From an uncultured Candidatus Saccharibacteria bacterium (GTDB lineage Bacteria > Patescibacteriota > Dojkabacteria > B142 > OLB20), in contig CAYWVD010000001.1 in assembly GCA_964461915.1 (NCBI GenBank), positions 90,211 to 154,210 of the forward strand: a stretch of DNA of 64,000 bases. The letters are read 5' to 3'. How positions within the stretch are numbered: the first letter of the stretch is position 1; each line of letters begins with the position of its first letter. Positions 9,759 through 17,947 of this stretch are shown one piece after another. The translations under genes and the position numbers were made by a program. The notes beneath the pieces are model-generated. The model was not told the DNA's origin. It saw only the letters and a program-made list of their open reading frames with translations, and searched no databases.

Positions 9759-9834
9759 TGGTGAGCCGACCGGGGCTCGAACCCGGGACACGAGGCTTAA
9801 GAGGCCTCTGCTCTACCAACTGAGCTATCGGCCC
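9759..9834 (-). tRNA. tRNA-Lys (anticodon CTT), CCA encoded
   Basis: Hand-folded cloverleaf GGGCCGA...GCTCAGTTGGTAGAGC...anticodon loop CTCTTAA...T-arm GGTTCGAGCCC...CCA. Confidence 0.85.
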
Positions 9835-9881
9835 ACTAATAAATTAATGGGTAAGAATATATGTTTGCAAAAGAACAATGA

Positions 9882-9890
9882 ATTATATCA
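9882..9890 (-). promoter_or_regulatory. Extended -10 element TGATATAAT upstream of tRNA-Lys
   Basis: Reverse complement of plus 9882-9890 reads tgaTATAAT, about 48 nt upstream of the mature tRNA 5' end. Confidence 0.3.
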
Positions 9891-9928
9891 GATTCCCAGG
9901 GATTTTAAAGGACGGCTTATAGCTCCTT

Positions 9929-11116
9929 TTAGTAGGCGTATTTTTGTTCAGGAGTGGGTTCATCTTTTCTAAGAGTTGGTGGAGCTTCAGGTTTTGGTGG
10001 TTCAACTTGTTTTCGACGACCTTTTTTGATCGAAACAAAGGTAACTAAACCTAAGAGAACAACAAAGATTGTGATCACCAACATAAATTCATTGCTGAAT
10101 CCTCCAAAATAGAATGCAATTAAAGAGATCGATGCAATTAGTGCTATTTCGATAAATAAGGTTTGAATTTGAGTAAATCCTAGAGCCATTATTCTATGGT
10201 GTAGATGAATGTTTCCACCAATAAATGGTCTTTTTAAAAGTGGAATATCTTTTAATTTGATTAATCTATAGAAAACCACCCAGATCATATCGATGACAGG
10301 TAAACTCAAAACGATTATTGCGCTTGTAATTTTTGACCCGCTTAAAATAGCGAGTACGGCAAGAATGTAGCCATAACCTGTTGTGCCCGCCGTACCACTA
10401 ATAATTTTGGAAGGGGGGAAGTTAAATGGAATATATCCCATAATACTTGATGCAAATATTCCAGATACCATTGCCAGCTCGTATTGATTTGCCCTTACTG
10501 CTAAAAGCATTGTTGTAAAAGATGCTATAAAAGTCATAAATTCTCCGATGGCGTCAATCCCACACATCCAATTGATGGCATTGATAATTAATAAAATCCA
10601 AAAGATAGTAATAAATGCTCCGGGGAAAATAAATTCGTATTGGAATATCCCAAAATCAAATATTTGCCTGAATGAATCAAATGCAAATCTCTGCCCTGCA
10701 AAATCAATATGAGCAATTGTAACTCCACTCAAAACGACAATGGTGGCTGCAATTAATTGAGCAATCATCTGCTTCCTAGCACTTAGTTCAAATTTGTCAT
10801 CAATAGCTCCAGCAACAAGTAAAACCACAAGACCCGCAAGCATTCCGATAATTTTCGGATTGAGATCACCTTGAACAAGAATTAATCCTATGAATGTTAT
10901 GAAAACAGCGATTCCGCCAAGCCTTAATTTGGGGATAGTATGGATCCTCTGAGCCAAAGTCTTATCGGTCCTTTTTCTTTTATCTTTGGGTAAATCAATG
11001 AATCCAAACCTTTTAGCAATCCATCCAACAATGGGGGTTAAAAAAATAGTAAGAATTAATCCAACTAATAATGTAGGTAGTAAATTAATGTATGGTTGTA
11101 AAGCCGTTGTATCCAT
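9929..11116 (-). CDS. Polyprenyl-phosphate hexosamine-1-phosphate transferase, glycosyltransferase family 4 (MraY/WecA-like), with a Pro/Lys-rich C-terminal tail
   Basis: About 10 TM helices. Cytoplasmic-loop motifs fit the MraY/WecA pattern: 'GLAGLVVLLVAGAIDDKFEL' (Asp-Asp), 'NAINWMCGIDAI', and a C-terminal HIGH-like 'GGNIHLHHRIMALG' (an aromatic/His-rich loop). MraY versus WecA cannot be decided. Confidence 0.6.
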   Translation of the reverse strand: MDTTALQPYINLLPTLLVGLILTIFLTPIVGWIAKRFGFIDLPKDKRKRTDKTLAQRIHTIPKLRLGGIAVFITFIGLILVQGDLNPKIIGMLAGLVVLLVAGAIDDKFELSARKQMIAQLIAATIVVLSGVTIAHIDFAGQRFAFDSFRQIFDFGIFQYEFIFPGAFITIFWILLIINAINWMCGIDAIGEFMTFIASFTTMLLAVRANQYELAMVSGIFASSIMGYIPFNFPPSKIISGTAGTTGYGYILAVLAILSGSKITSAIIVLSLPVIDMIWVVFYRLIKLKDIPLLKRPFIGGNIHLHHRIMALGFTQIQTLFIEIALIASISLIAFYFGGFSNEFMLVITIFVVLLGLVTFVSIKKGRRKQVEPPKPEAPPTLRKDEPTPEQKYAY

Positions 11117-11580
11117 TAAATTAATAATAAAGATGAAAGCTGGCTAATGCCAATGAAGATAAAAAAATATGTGATCAGTTCGGCGACATTCAAAATTAGA
11201 ACTAACCTCTTATCGAATGAATATATCTTCCCTTTAAAGTAAACCATCAAAAGGTTGAAAGTCAGTATTAATACTGGAAGAATTATTGAGAAATTTTTCG
11301 GAATAGTCTCCCATGTCTTATCCTTCTGTTGAAATATCAAAGGCAGGTCATCAGGCAATTTATTGAAGTTTTGGTAAATGAAAAAGGATAGGGCAATAAA
11401 TAGAAATAAGCCACAAACAAAGCTAAAAACGAAAAGAAAATTTCGCCATTGAGGAAGTACTCCAGCATAAAGGATCCGCTTGTTAATATTGCGTTTTAGC
11501 CCATACACCAATTCCCGCTTCTCTTTGATCGGCATAGGAATTTGTATGTTTTCAGTACCCTTTGTCGTTACCATATCCAT
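11116..11580 (-). CDS. Hypothetical small membrane protein (3-4 TM)
   Basis: ORF plus hydrophobic helices; 1-nt overlap with the upstream GT4 gene. Confidence 0.35.
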   Translation of the reverse strand: MDMVTTKGTENIQIPMPIKEKRELVYGLKRNINKRILYAGVLPQWRNFLFVFSFVCGLFLFIALSFFIYQNFNKLPDDLPLIFQQKDKTWETIPKNFSIILPVLILTFNLLMVYFKGKIYSFDKRLVLILNVAELITYFFIFIGISQLSSLLLI

Positions 11581-11643
11581 TATTATACTACATGAATTTT
11601 AACAAAATAAGGTATAATTCATACCTCAAAATTATATTTAGCA

Positions 11644-12360
11644 ATGGAAGCAAGAGCTGAGATAACAATTGAAAGACCGGCTTATATTGGACCTCTTGAA
11701 CAGAGTCTTTTATTGGCAACCGAAATTGGTGTAAAAAGTTTTTTGGGGCGAAATCCAGATTATCATCCATATTTAGGTGATGTTTCTTATTTTCTAAGAA
11801 CTAGTCAGGCCTTGACCTCAATAGGAGGTCATGTCAATGCAGATCAAAATGTCCAACATATTTTAATGACTGATTCTGACGGTGTTTTTATTGACCCTTT
11901 GGGTCGTATAAATCAGGCTTTAGTTCAACAAGTTAATGCATTATCGCTTCATTTAAGCCAAATGATGGTCGTTACAAATAGGTCGGCAGCTAATAGAAGA
12001 ATTTTCCGTACTAATAAGATTGAGGAGGTATGCAATTCGTTAGGATTGGATTGTAATAAAAATTTCTATGCCGGAATGGATCAGCAAACTGGAGTTTTCC
12101 GAGATCCAAAGAGATTTGCTGAATTGGCAACTTTTCTAGGTGACAAAATTTCTAAGGGTGTGGAAATTGGGAAAAAAACCATTATCCATTCTATAATGGA
12201 CTTAAATCCTGTCTTAGGTGGACCTCTAACCGCTCTTTGTGGCGGGAATTTCCATTTGATGTCGAGTTTGCTTCAACAAATTGAGGGTGGTGGAAATGGA
12301 TCCTCTCCCTCGGGCATGGCTCCACAAGTAAATCATTATTTTGTATTACAAGCTAATTAA
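11644..12360 (+). CDS. Hypothetical soluble protein, compositionally atypical (Lys-poor, Gly/Ala/Gln-rich)
   Basis: 238-aa ORF on the strand opposite its neighbours; no competing ORF on the minus strand; no motif recognised. Confidence 0.45.
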   Translation: MEARAEITIERPAYIGPLEQSLLLATEIGVKSFLGRNPDYHPYLGDVSYFLRTSQALTSIGGHVNADQNVQHILMTDSDGVFIDPLGRINQALVQQVNALSLHLSQMMVVTNRSAANRRIFRTNKIEEVCNSLGLDCNKNFYAGMDQQTGVFRDPKRFAELATFLGDKISKGVEIGKKTIIHSIMDLNPVLGGPLTALCGGNFHLMSSLLQQIEGGGNGSSPSGMAPQVNHYFVLQAN

Positions 12361-12375
12361 TTTCTCCAATTTTTC

Positions 12376-13197
12376 TTGCATTGTCCGAATTCTTTGGTAT
12401 CATGCCTTTTTGAAAAATTCGGAATGAAAGGAATTGCTGTTTCGGTTCGTGCACTTAACCATGTCTTGTATGCATCTGGTGTTGCTCAGAATATTATAGG
12501 ATACTCTCATGGCCCGATCTTCCCAACAACCGGTTATGTCTTCCCTGATTTAGGAAGTGTTAATAAGTTTGTTCAACAAGAAGGATTCCAAAATGACATT
12601 CAATTCCTTGATATCAATGGAGTAATTATCCCGGCCCCGAGTAGACGACATAGTATATTAAGGCTCATTACGGATAAAAATCTGCTTGCTTCAGTTTTTC
12701 CAGTAATAACGCCCGCTCTTGCTAGGCATTTGATTGATCCTGCGATAGGGCCCCTACTTAGAATGGAAGGTGTTACAAATATTGTGGCTTCTGCCAGTCC
12801 TGCTTGGTTACCTTGGGCAGGAGCTGTAGACCAACTTTTAAGAGATGAGGCCAAAAATAATATTCAAATATTTCATTCTGTACAAAGAAATCGAAAAATC
12901 CCACTAAGGTTACAGAACTTTCTAACTAAAACTATTGATGGTTTTAAAGGAGCGGGGTTAAATAAAGTCAATATCACCAGTATATTTGATATTCACCCTT
13001 TTCCCGAAATAGTGGGTACTGACTTTAAAAATTCTTTACCTTGGTTTGGCGATGGTCGGTTTTTAAATTCTGTTGCTCATCTATTTTTAGATGCCGGAAT
13101 ATCGCCCACTTTGAGAGCAATTATGATAAACAATCAAATAGAAGTTGCTTCGAGAGTTGATGTGCTTAACGGAAAATTGGTCCCAGTTACAATTTAA
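12376..13197 (+). CDS. Hypothetical soluble protein (likely true start at the Met of MKGIAV, about 12424), co-oriented with 11644-12360
   Basis: 273-aa ORF. A TTGCAT-N16-TATCAT promoter-like element lies at 12387-12414, overlapping the annotated 5' end. No family recognised. Confidence 0.45.
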   Translation: MHCPNSLVSCLFEKFGMKGIAVSVRALNHVLYASGVAQNIIGYSHGPIFPTTGYVFPDLGSVNKFVQQEGFQNDIQFLDINGVIIPAPSRRHSILRLITDKNLLASVFPVITPALARHLIDPAIGPLLRMEGVTNIVASASPAWLPWAGAVDQLLRDEAKNNIQIFHSVQRNRKIPLRLQNFLTKTIDGFKGAGLNKVNITSIFDIHPFPEIVGTDFKNSLPWFGDGRFLNSVAHLFLDAGISPTLRAIMINNQIEVASRVDVLNGKLVPVTI

Positions 13198-13260
13198 TGT
13201 AAAGAAGGGCTTTCATTTTCGTTAAAAATGTTTACAATATTTATTGTTTAAAAGATTTAA

Positions 13261-13674
13261 ATGACCATAGATTCAAATAAAAATAAGTTTTTTATGCCGG
13301 TGAATTTTTTTTCTAGCTTAAAGATAGCTTTAAAAGGGTTATATCTAATCATTAAGAACGAGAGGAATTTTAGGATCCAACTTTTTACAGCATTTATAAT
13401 CGGTATATTAGGTTTATTACTGCATTTTTCTCATCAAGATTGGGTGTCTATAGGACTTCTAGTCGCTATGGTACTGATTTCTGAGGCTTTTAACAGTTCA
13501 ATTGAAGCATTATCTGATACTATTTCACAAGAATTCCGTGTGAATATTAAGTATGCAAAGGATGTTTCTGCAGGAGCAGTTTTGATATCTGCAGCTACTT
13601 CAGTTATTGCAGGAGCAATAATAATTATCCCTTATATCTTGGAATATTTAAGATCGGTTGGGATTATTCAGTAA
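13261..13674 (+). CDS. dgkA: Diacylglycerol/undecaprenol kinase (DgkA family)
   Basis: 137 aa, 3 TM, 'SEAFNSSIEALSD' active-site-like motif (DgkA E..N(S/T)AIE..D). Confidence 0.65.
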   Translation: MTIDSNKNKFFMPVNFFSSLKIALKGLYLIIKNERNFRIQLFTAFIIGILGLLLHFSHQDWVSIGLLVAMVLISEAFNSSIEALSDTISQEFRVNIKYAKDVSAGAVLISAATSVIAGAIIIIPYILEYLRSVGIIQ

Positions 13675-13680
13675 TTCAGT

Positions 13681-14988
13681 CTAAGATTCTTCTTTATATC
13701 CCGTTTGCAAAAATTTGCACTTACTACAGTGATTATATAATGGGCAATTGATTACATTGCAGCCTACACTTTTGCCGTCCAAGACCATTGTGAGTCTTTC
13801 CATGTGTCTTAGGCGGGAACCTTTTAAATAAATAAAGTCGCCTTTTTTACAGATCATTTGTAAGATGGTTGCTGCTATTGTGATATCTTTTGCCCAAAAA
13901 AATTTACTAGGGGCTAATCCATTTTTAATGGCAGATTCTTTGGAATTTTGCAGTAAGGGGCCAATACCTATAATATAATTGATATTTCGTTGATCAGCGA
14001 TGAAATCTCCAAGTTCTTCATGTATTTTTATTTCGTTCTCGCCAATCTCGCCCATTTCTCCAATGATGGCTATTTTTTGTGAAGTCGTGCCTTTGATCTC
14101 ATTGAATGTTTTCAATCCTAATTTAGTGGATTCAATATTTGCCCTTAGAGAATCATTTAAAACTAACATTCCCTGAGGTCCTTTTTCAATATTCATTCTA
14201 CCTTCCAAAGGTTTTTGATTTTCGATAACTTCAACAAATTTTTCTTGCCAATTAGGTTCAGGCTTTTTTGAATTTTGATTTACGGTTTTGAAGGCAAGAT
14301 ATGAGGCCATTATGTTTGAGACATGATGAATACCAATAAGTTTGGTCGAAAGTCTGATTTCTTTTGATGGATCGTCTTTGTCGAATATTGAAAATTTGGT
14401 GCCTTTTAAATCTATCGAATAATTAGTATTTTCGGTAAGATTTGCATTTGTATAAACTTGGCAAAATTTTGGATTAGAACCATAAAACAGAACTTTTGCT
14501 TTGGTAAATTTTGCCATATCTCTAACATTTAAGTCGTCATAGTTTAAAATCGCAAAATCTTTTTGTGTAAGGACTTCAACAATTTTTCTTTTTTCCTTAA
14601 TGATATTTTCAAGAGATCCAAGATGGTTTGCGTCGATATGGACAGGAGATATGCCCGTAACTATTGAAATATTGGGTTTAACAATCTCTAAATGAAGAGA
14701 CATCTCTTGAGGCCTATCTATCCCCAACTCGAAAATGCAGAGTTGTTTGGCTTTCTTTATTTTAAGCGCAGTTATTGGAACATTATATAAAGTGTCGAGA
14801 TTAATATCTGTTCTTAAGGCTTTGGGCATTAAGCTTGCAAGTAGAGTAGTGGTATTTGTTTTCCCTTGGCTACCTGTAACGGCTATTGTATATGGCTCAT
14901 AAAGTTTATACCAATATTTTGCAGCAACCCTTCTGGCTTTGTGAAAGCTCTTTTTGAAAAAGTTTTGGTTTTTATTAGATTCTGACAT
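13681..14988 (-). CDS. Mur-ligase-family protein lacking the N-terminal domain (MurT/FolC/CapB-like), with a C-terminal Cys4 cluster
   Basis: 'IAVTGSQGKTNTTT' P-loop at residue about 35; central and C-terminal ligase domains by length; C-terminus 'CNVINCPLYNHCSKCK'. Confidence 0.6.
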   Translation of the reverse strand: MSESNKNQNFFKKSFHKARRVAAKYWYKLYEPYTIAVTGSQGKTNTTTLLASLMPKALRTDINLDTLYNVPITALKIKKAKQLCIFELGIDRPQEMSLHLEIVKPNISIVTGISPVHIDANHLGSLENIIKEKRKIVEVLTQKDFAILNYDDLNVRDMAKFTKAKVLFYGSNPKFCQVYTNANLTENTNYSIDLKGTKFSIFDKDDPSKEIRLSTKLIGIHHVSNIMASYLAFKTVNQNSKKPEPNWQEKFVEVIENQKPLEGRMNIEKGPQGMLVLNDSLRANIESTKLGLKTFNEIKGTTSQKIAIIGEMGEIGENEIKIHEELGDFIADQRNINYIIGIGPLLQNSKESAIKNGLAPSKFFWAKDITIAATILQMICKKGDFIYLKGSRLRHMERLTMVLDGKSVGCNVINCPLYNHCSKCKFLQTGYKEES

Positions 14989-14989
14989 T

Positions 14990-15547
14990 TTAAATTGGCT
15001 TATCTTTTAATTTTAATAAATATCCTATAAAGGTCGAAACTATATGGAGCAAAAAGTAAAAGATGAAAATATAAATAATAAATAATAAATTGCTAGAAAG
15101 ATAAGGTAATAAAAAAATACAACCGCCGATAATGTAGTCTATTTGATCGAATGGGAACCAAGGTTCGCCGGGTTTAATATTTGTCCTTCGTTTGAAAAAA
15201 CTTTTAATCGCATCCCCAAGCAATGCTCCTGATCCTGCAAGGATACCGAAAATAATTGGATTGATATCGTTGAAATTAATTGAAATATGGCTTTGCAACC
15301 AGGGTGATCCTAGATATGCGGATTGTTGAATTATTACAGTTAAAATGGCAATTATTACCCCGGATATTAAACCTCGAAATGTTTTGTGATCGCCAAAGAT
15401 CCTAATACCCTTATAGGATTTGTAGAAATCCAAGGGATAATTGATTTTATTTATGATAGGAATCTTATTTACAAAGACAGGAGTACCATTAGCTAAGCCA
15501 GCAGGTAAAAAGATCCAAATCGCAGTAAAAATATCAATCCAATTCAT
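14990..15547 (-). CDS. CDP-archaeol-synthase-like (CarS/DUF46) CTP transferase membrane protein
   Basis: 185 aa, about 5 TM; 'GDHKTFRG' and 'GDAIKSFFKRR' match the CarS signature G-D-x-x-x-S-F-x-K-R-R. Confidence 0.5.
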   Translation of the reverse strand: MNWIDIFTAIWIFLPAGLANGTPVFVNKIPIINKINYPLDFYKSYKGIRIFGDHKTFRGLISGVIIAILTVIIQQSAYLGSPWLQSHISINFNDINPIIFGILAGSGALLGDAIKSFFKRRTNIKPGEPWFPFDQIDYIIGGCIFLLPYLSSNLLFIIYIFIFYFLLHIVSTFIGYLLKLKDKPI

Positions 15548-16496
15548 TTAAAAGAACATTAATATATGTTTTTGTAAGGTTAAGGATCATGTCTGGAATT
15601 ATAAGGCCTCTTTTAATTGGATTGGCATTGTAATCCCAAAACCATCTAGTGTCGATGAATTTAATTTGTTGGTTATTTACTATTATATTATCAGTTTTTG
15701 TAAGCCAATTGTTGATCTGAAGAATCGGATATCTTGGCCTTGTATCGGGCACAATATGTATTTGGTAATTCATGAGAAGGATAAGGTAGAGCATCAAGGC
15801 CAATTGCCTTTGAATGGGAGGCTCAAGTTTTTTAGGGTCAAGGTCATGAAGCAATTGGCCTTCAACAAACTCCTGGATTATGAAAAAAGTTGTCTTCCTT
15901 TCATTTTCTTTGGAAATTCCTTGGCCGATGAGCAAATATTCTTTGGGGACAAAATTGTGATATTTTACATCCGAGCGTAAGATCTCATCGATATTGCTGT
16001 TGAATTGAACGCCGTAATATGTTTCGAGCGCTTCTTTGTGAATATACAAAGTTTCTCGGATGTTTTTTTGCGCATTTACGATTAAATCAAAATTGGGATG
16101 GTAGTATTCTTCTTTATTAGTAAAATAGCCAAAGTATTGAAGGAATTTTAAATAGCCTTTGTATTGTCTTAAAATTTCGTTAACTGTTGGCAAAAAAGAG
16201 GATGAAAATAAATTCATTGTTTTTTCAGCAAACTGTGCTGGCAAAGGCAATTTTGTTCCCCCGAAAAGATTCAATTCTAAATCCCATCGGCCTTCTTTAA
16301 CTACCCAGTTTTGGTTTTCAATTTTATACACACGGGCTTGAATTCCAGCTGAAATATATTTCAATTCTCTTTTTTGAAAGATCTTTTGAGTTGGGGCAAG
16401 TCTTACTGATTTTCGATCTGGTGTGAAAATAGCATAAGGCTGTATTTGCTTTTCGAAGTTCGATTCCTTTTTAAAAAGAAAGCTAGGTAATTTCAT
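15534..16496 (-). CDS. Hypothetical protein, possibly an ATP-grasp-like ligase
   Basis: 'WVVKEG' (Lys loop) and 'FFIIQEFVEGQ' resemble ATP-grasp ATP-binding motifs. This is a weak call made by eye only. Confidence 0.3.
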   Translation of the reverse strand: MKLPSFLFKKESNFEKQIQPYAIFTPDRKSVRLAPTQKIFQKRELKYISAGIQARVYKIENQNWVVKEGRWDLELNLFGGTKLPLPAQFAEKTMNLFSSSFLPTVNEILRQYKGYLKFLQYFGYFTNKEEYYHPNFDLIVNAQKNIRETLYIHKEALETYYGVQFNSNIDEILRSDVKYHNFVPKEYLLIGQGISKENERKTTFFIIQEFVEGQLLHDLDPKKLEPPIQRQLALMLYLILLMNYQIHIVPDTRPRYPILQINNWLTKTDNIIVNNQQIKFIDTRWFWDYNANPIKRGLIIPDMILNLTKTYINVLLNELD

Positions 16497-17152
16497 TTCT
16501 TATTAATTACTTTTTTAATTTTATTAAATTTGGGAGCAAAATATTCACGAAATTTTGATCTTTTTACTACAAACTCAGCAGACTTGATTAATTCAATTAA
16601 ATTGTTCTTGGTGGGCTCCTCATTTATCAAGTTAAAAGTCCGACCTAAGCCACTCATGCTGTGTGCATCGGATCCAACCCCGAATGGGATTCCTGTTCGT
16701 TTTGCGAATTTCATTGCAGAGGAATTTGAAATACCAACAATGGCTCTTGCATTAAACCCCTCAATTAAATCAATTGATTTGAAAATTTTGAAAAGATTTT
16801 CTTCACCAATTCCATGTCTCCTCGTTGAGAACGGATGTGGTACAAAGCAAAGCCCCCCTTGCTTTTTAATTAGGCTGACTGTCTCCTCAAGTGTTAAACC
16901 TTTTTTAATTTTTTCTTTTAAAAATAATCCGATAATTTCCCCATCTTTAGTTAAAATTTCCTCACCAACAATAATCTTTTTGCCGAATTTTGAATTCATT
17001 TTTAAAGCAAATTCAATTTCGTTGTGATCTGTAATGGCTATGTAGTTAAGTGTATTGGATGATAGTGTCCTCTCGATCTGTTCCTCACTAATTCCACCAT
17101 CGTGTGATAGAATTGAATGAACATGAAGATCTAATTTTAAAATTTTTTTCAT
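16493..17152 (-). CDS. PHP-domain metal-dependent phosphoesterase
   Basis: 'DLHVHSILSHDG' and later His/Asp motifs (ITDHN, HPF, GSDAH) typical of the PHP fold. Confidence 0.75.
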   Translation of the reverse strand: MKKILKLDLHVHSILSHDGGISEEQIERTLSSNTLNYIAITDHNEIEFALKMNSKFGKKIIVGEEILTKDGEIIGLFLKEKIKKGLTLEETVSLIKKQGGLCFVPHPFSTRRHGIGEENLFKIFKSIDLIEGFNARAIVGISNSSAMKFAKRTGIPFGVGSDAHSMSGLGRTFNLINEEPTKNNLIELIKSAEFVVKRSKFREYFAPKFNKIKKVINKK

Positions 17153-17155
17153 AAA

Positions 17156-17740
17156 ATGATAAGCGCCTACAAATCAAAATTTAATCCAATTATATTATTT
17201 TTTGCAAAACCTCTGAAGAATGTTAATCCATCAATTTTAACATTTTTAGGGTTAATACCACCATTATTATTTTACTATTTTATGAGCCGTGGTGAATTTG
17301 TCTGGGCTTTAATTAGTATGGTTGGAATGTTCTTTGATACATTAGATGGGGCAGTTGCCAGACTTACTAATCGCGTTTCGAAATTCGGAGGCCTACTAGA
17401 TTCCGTAATAGATCGTGTAGCCGACACACTATTCATTCTGGGATTTTATTTTCTATTTTCGATACCATTAGAACTCATCTTGGTTACAATATTTCAATCT
17501 CTCTTAATTAGCTATATTAGAGCTCGTGCAGAAGTTGATCTTGCAGGGAAGAAATTAAATGTTGGTATTATTGAAAGACCCGAAAGACTTTTAATAATTG
17601 TTATTGCTTTATTATTAGAAATTCTTTTTCCATTAAAATCGATTGCTTTTTGGATCTTCGTAATCTTAAACCTATTGTCGTTTGTCACGATAATTCAGAG
17701 GCTGGTATTTGCACAGAGATTATTTGTCGAAAAGGAATAA
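17156..17740 (+). CDS. CDP-alcohol phosphatidyltransferase family protein
   Basis: Canonical 'DTLDGAVARLTNRVSKFGGLLDSVIDRVAD' (D-G-x2-A-R...G-x3-D-x3-D). Confidence 0.8.
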   Translation: MISAYKSKFNPIILFFAKPLKNVNPSILTFLGLIPPLLFYYFMSRGEFVWALISMVGMFFDTLDGAVARLTNRVSKFGGLLDSVIDRVADTLFILGFYFLFSIPLELILVTIFQSLLISYIRARAEVDLAGKKLNVGIIERPERLLIIVIALLLEILFPLKSIAFWIFVILNLLSFVTIIQRLVFAQRLFVEKE

Positions 17741-17743
17741 AGT

Positions 17744-17752
17744 TGTTATAAT
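17744..17752 (+). promoter_or_regulatory. Extended -10 element TGTTATAAT upstream of tRNA-Asn
   Basis: tgtTATAAT at 17744-17752, 14 nt before the tRNA 5' end. Confidence 0.35.
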
Positions 17753-17766
17753 TATCACTGATTTGT

Positions 17767-17840
17767 TGCCTGATGGTGTAATGGTAGCACAGTTGGCTGT
17801 TAACCATCTAGTCGTGGTTCGAATCCACGTCGGGCAGCCA
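17767..17840 (+). tRNA. tRNA-Asn (anticodon GTT), CCA encoded
   Basis: Hand-folded: acceptor TGCCTGA/TCGGGCA, T-arm CGTGGTTCGAATCCACG, anticodon loop CTGTTAA; one mismatch in the anticodon stem. Confidence 0.7.
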
Positions 17841-17850
17841 GATTAAAATT

Positions 17851-17890
17851 AATCCCGATTTAAAATTTATTTTAAGTCGGGATTTTTTGT
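17851..17890 (+). terminator. Hairpin (8-bp stem AATCCCGA/TCGGGATT, 18-nt loop) followed by TTTTTT, after tRNA-Asn
   Basis: Inverted repeat plus T-tract; the loop is unusually long. Confidence 0.3.
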
Positions 17891-17947
17891 TAGATTTTAC
17901 TTCTACGCATCCATTAGTTAAAATATGTCAATTGTTAAAAATTTATA

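Noticed and set aside
9739-9819. N-terminal extension 'MVEQRPLKPRVPGSSPGRLTIFVHSSH' of the tracked ORF 8872-9819
   Set aside because: It is the complementary-strand reading of tRNA-Lys. The CDS start was moved to the ATG at 9738.
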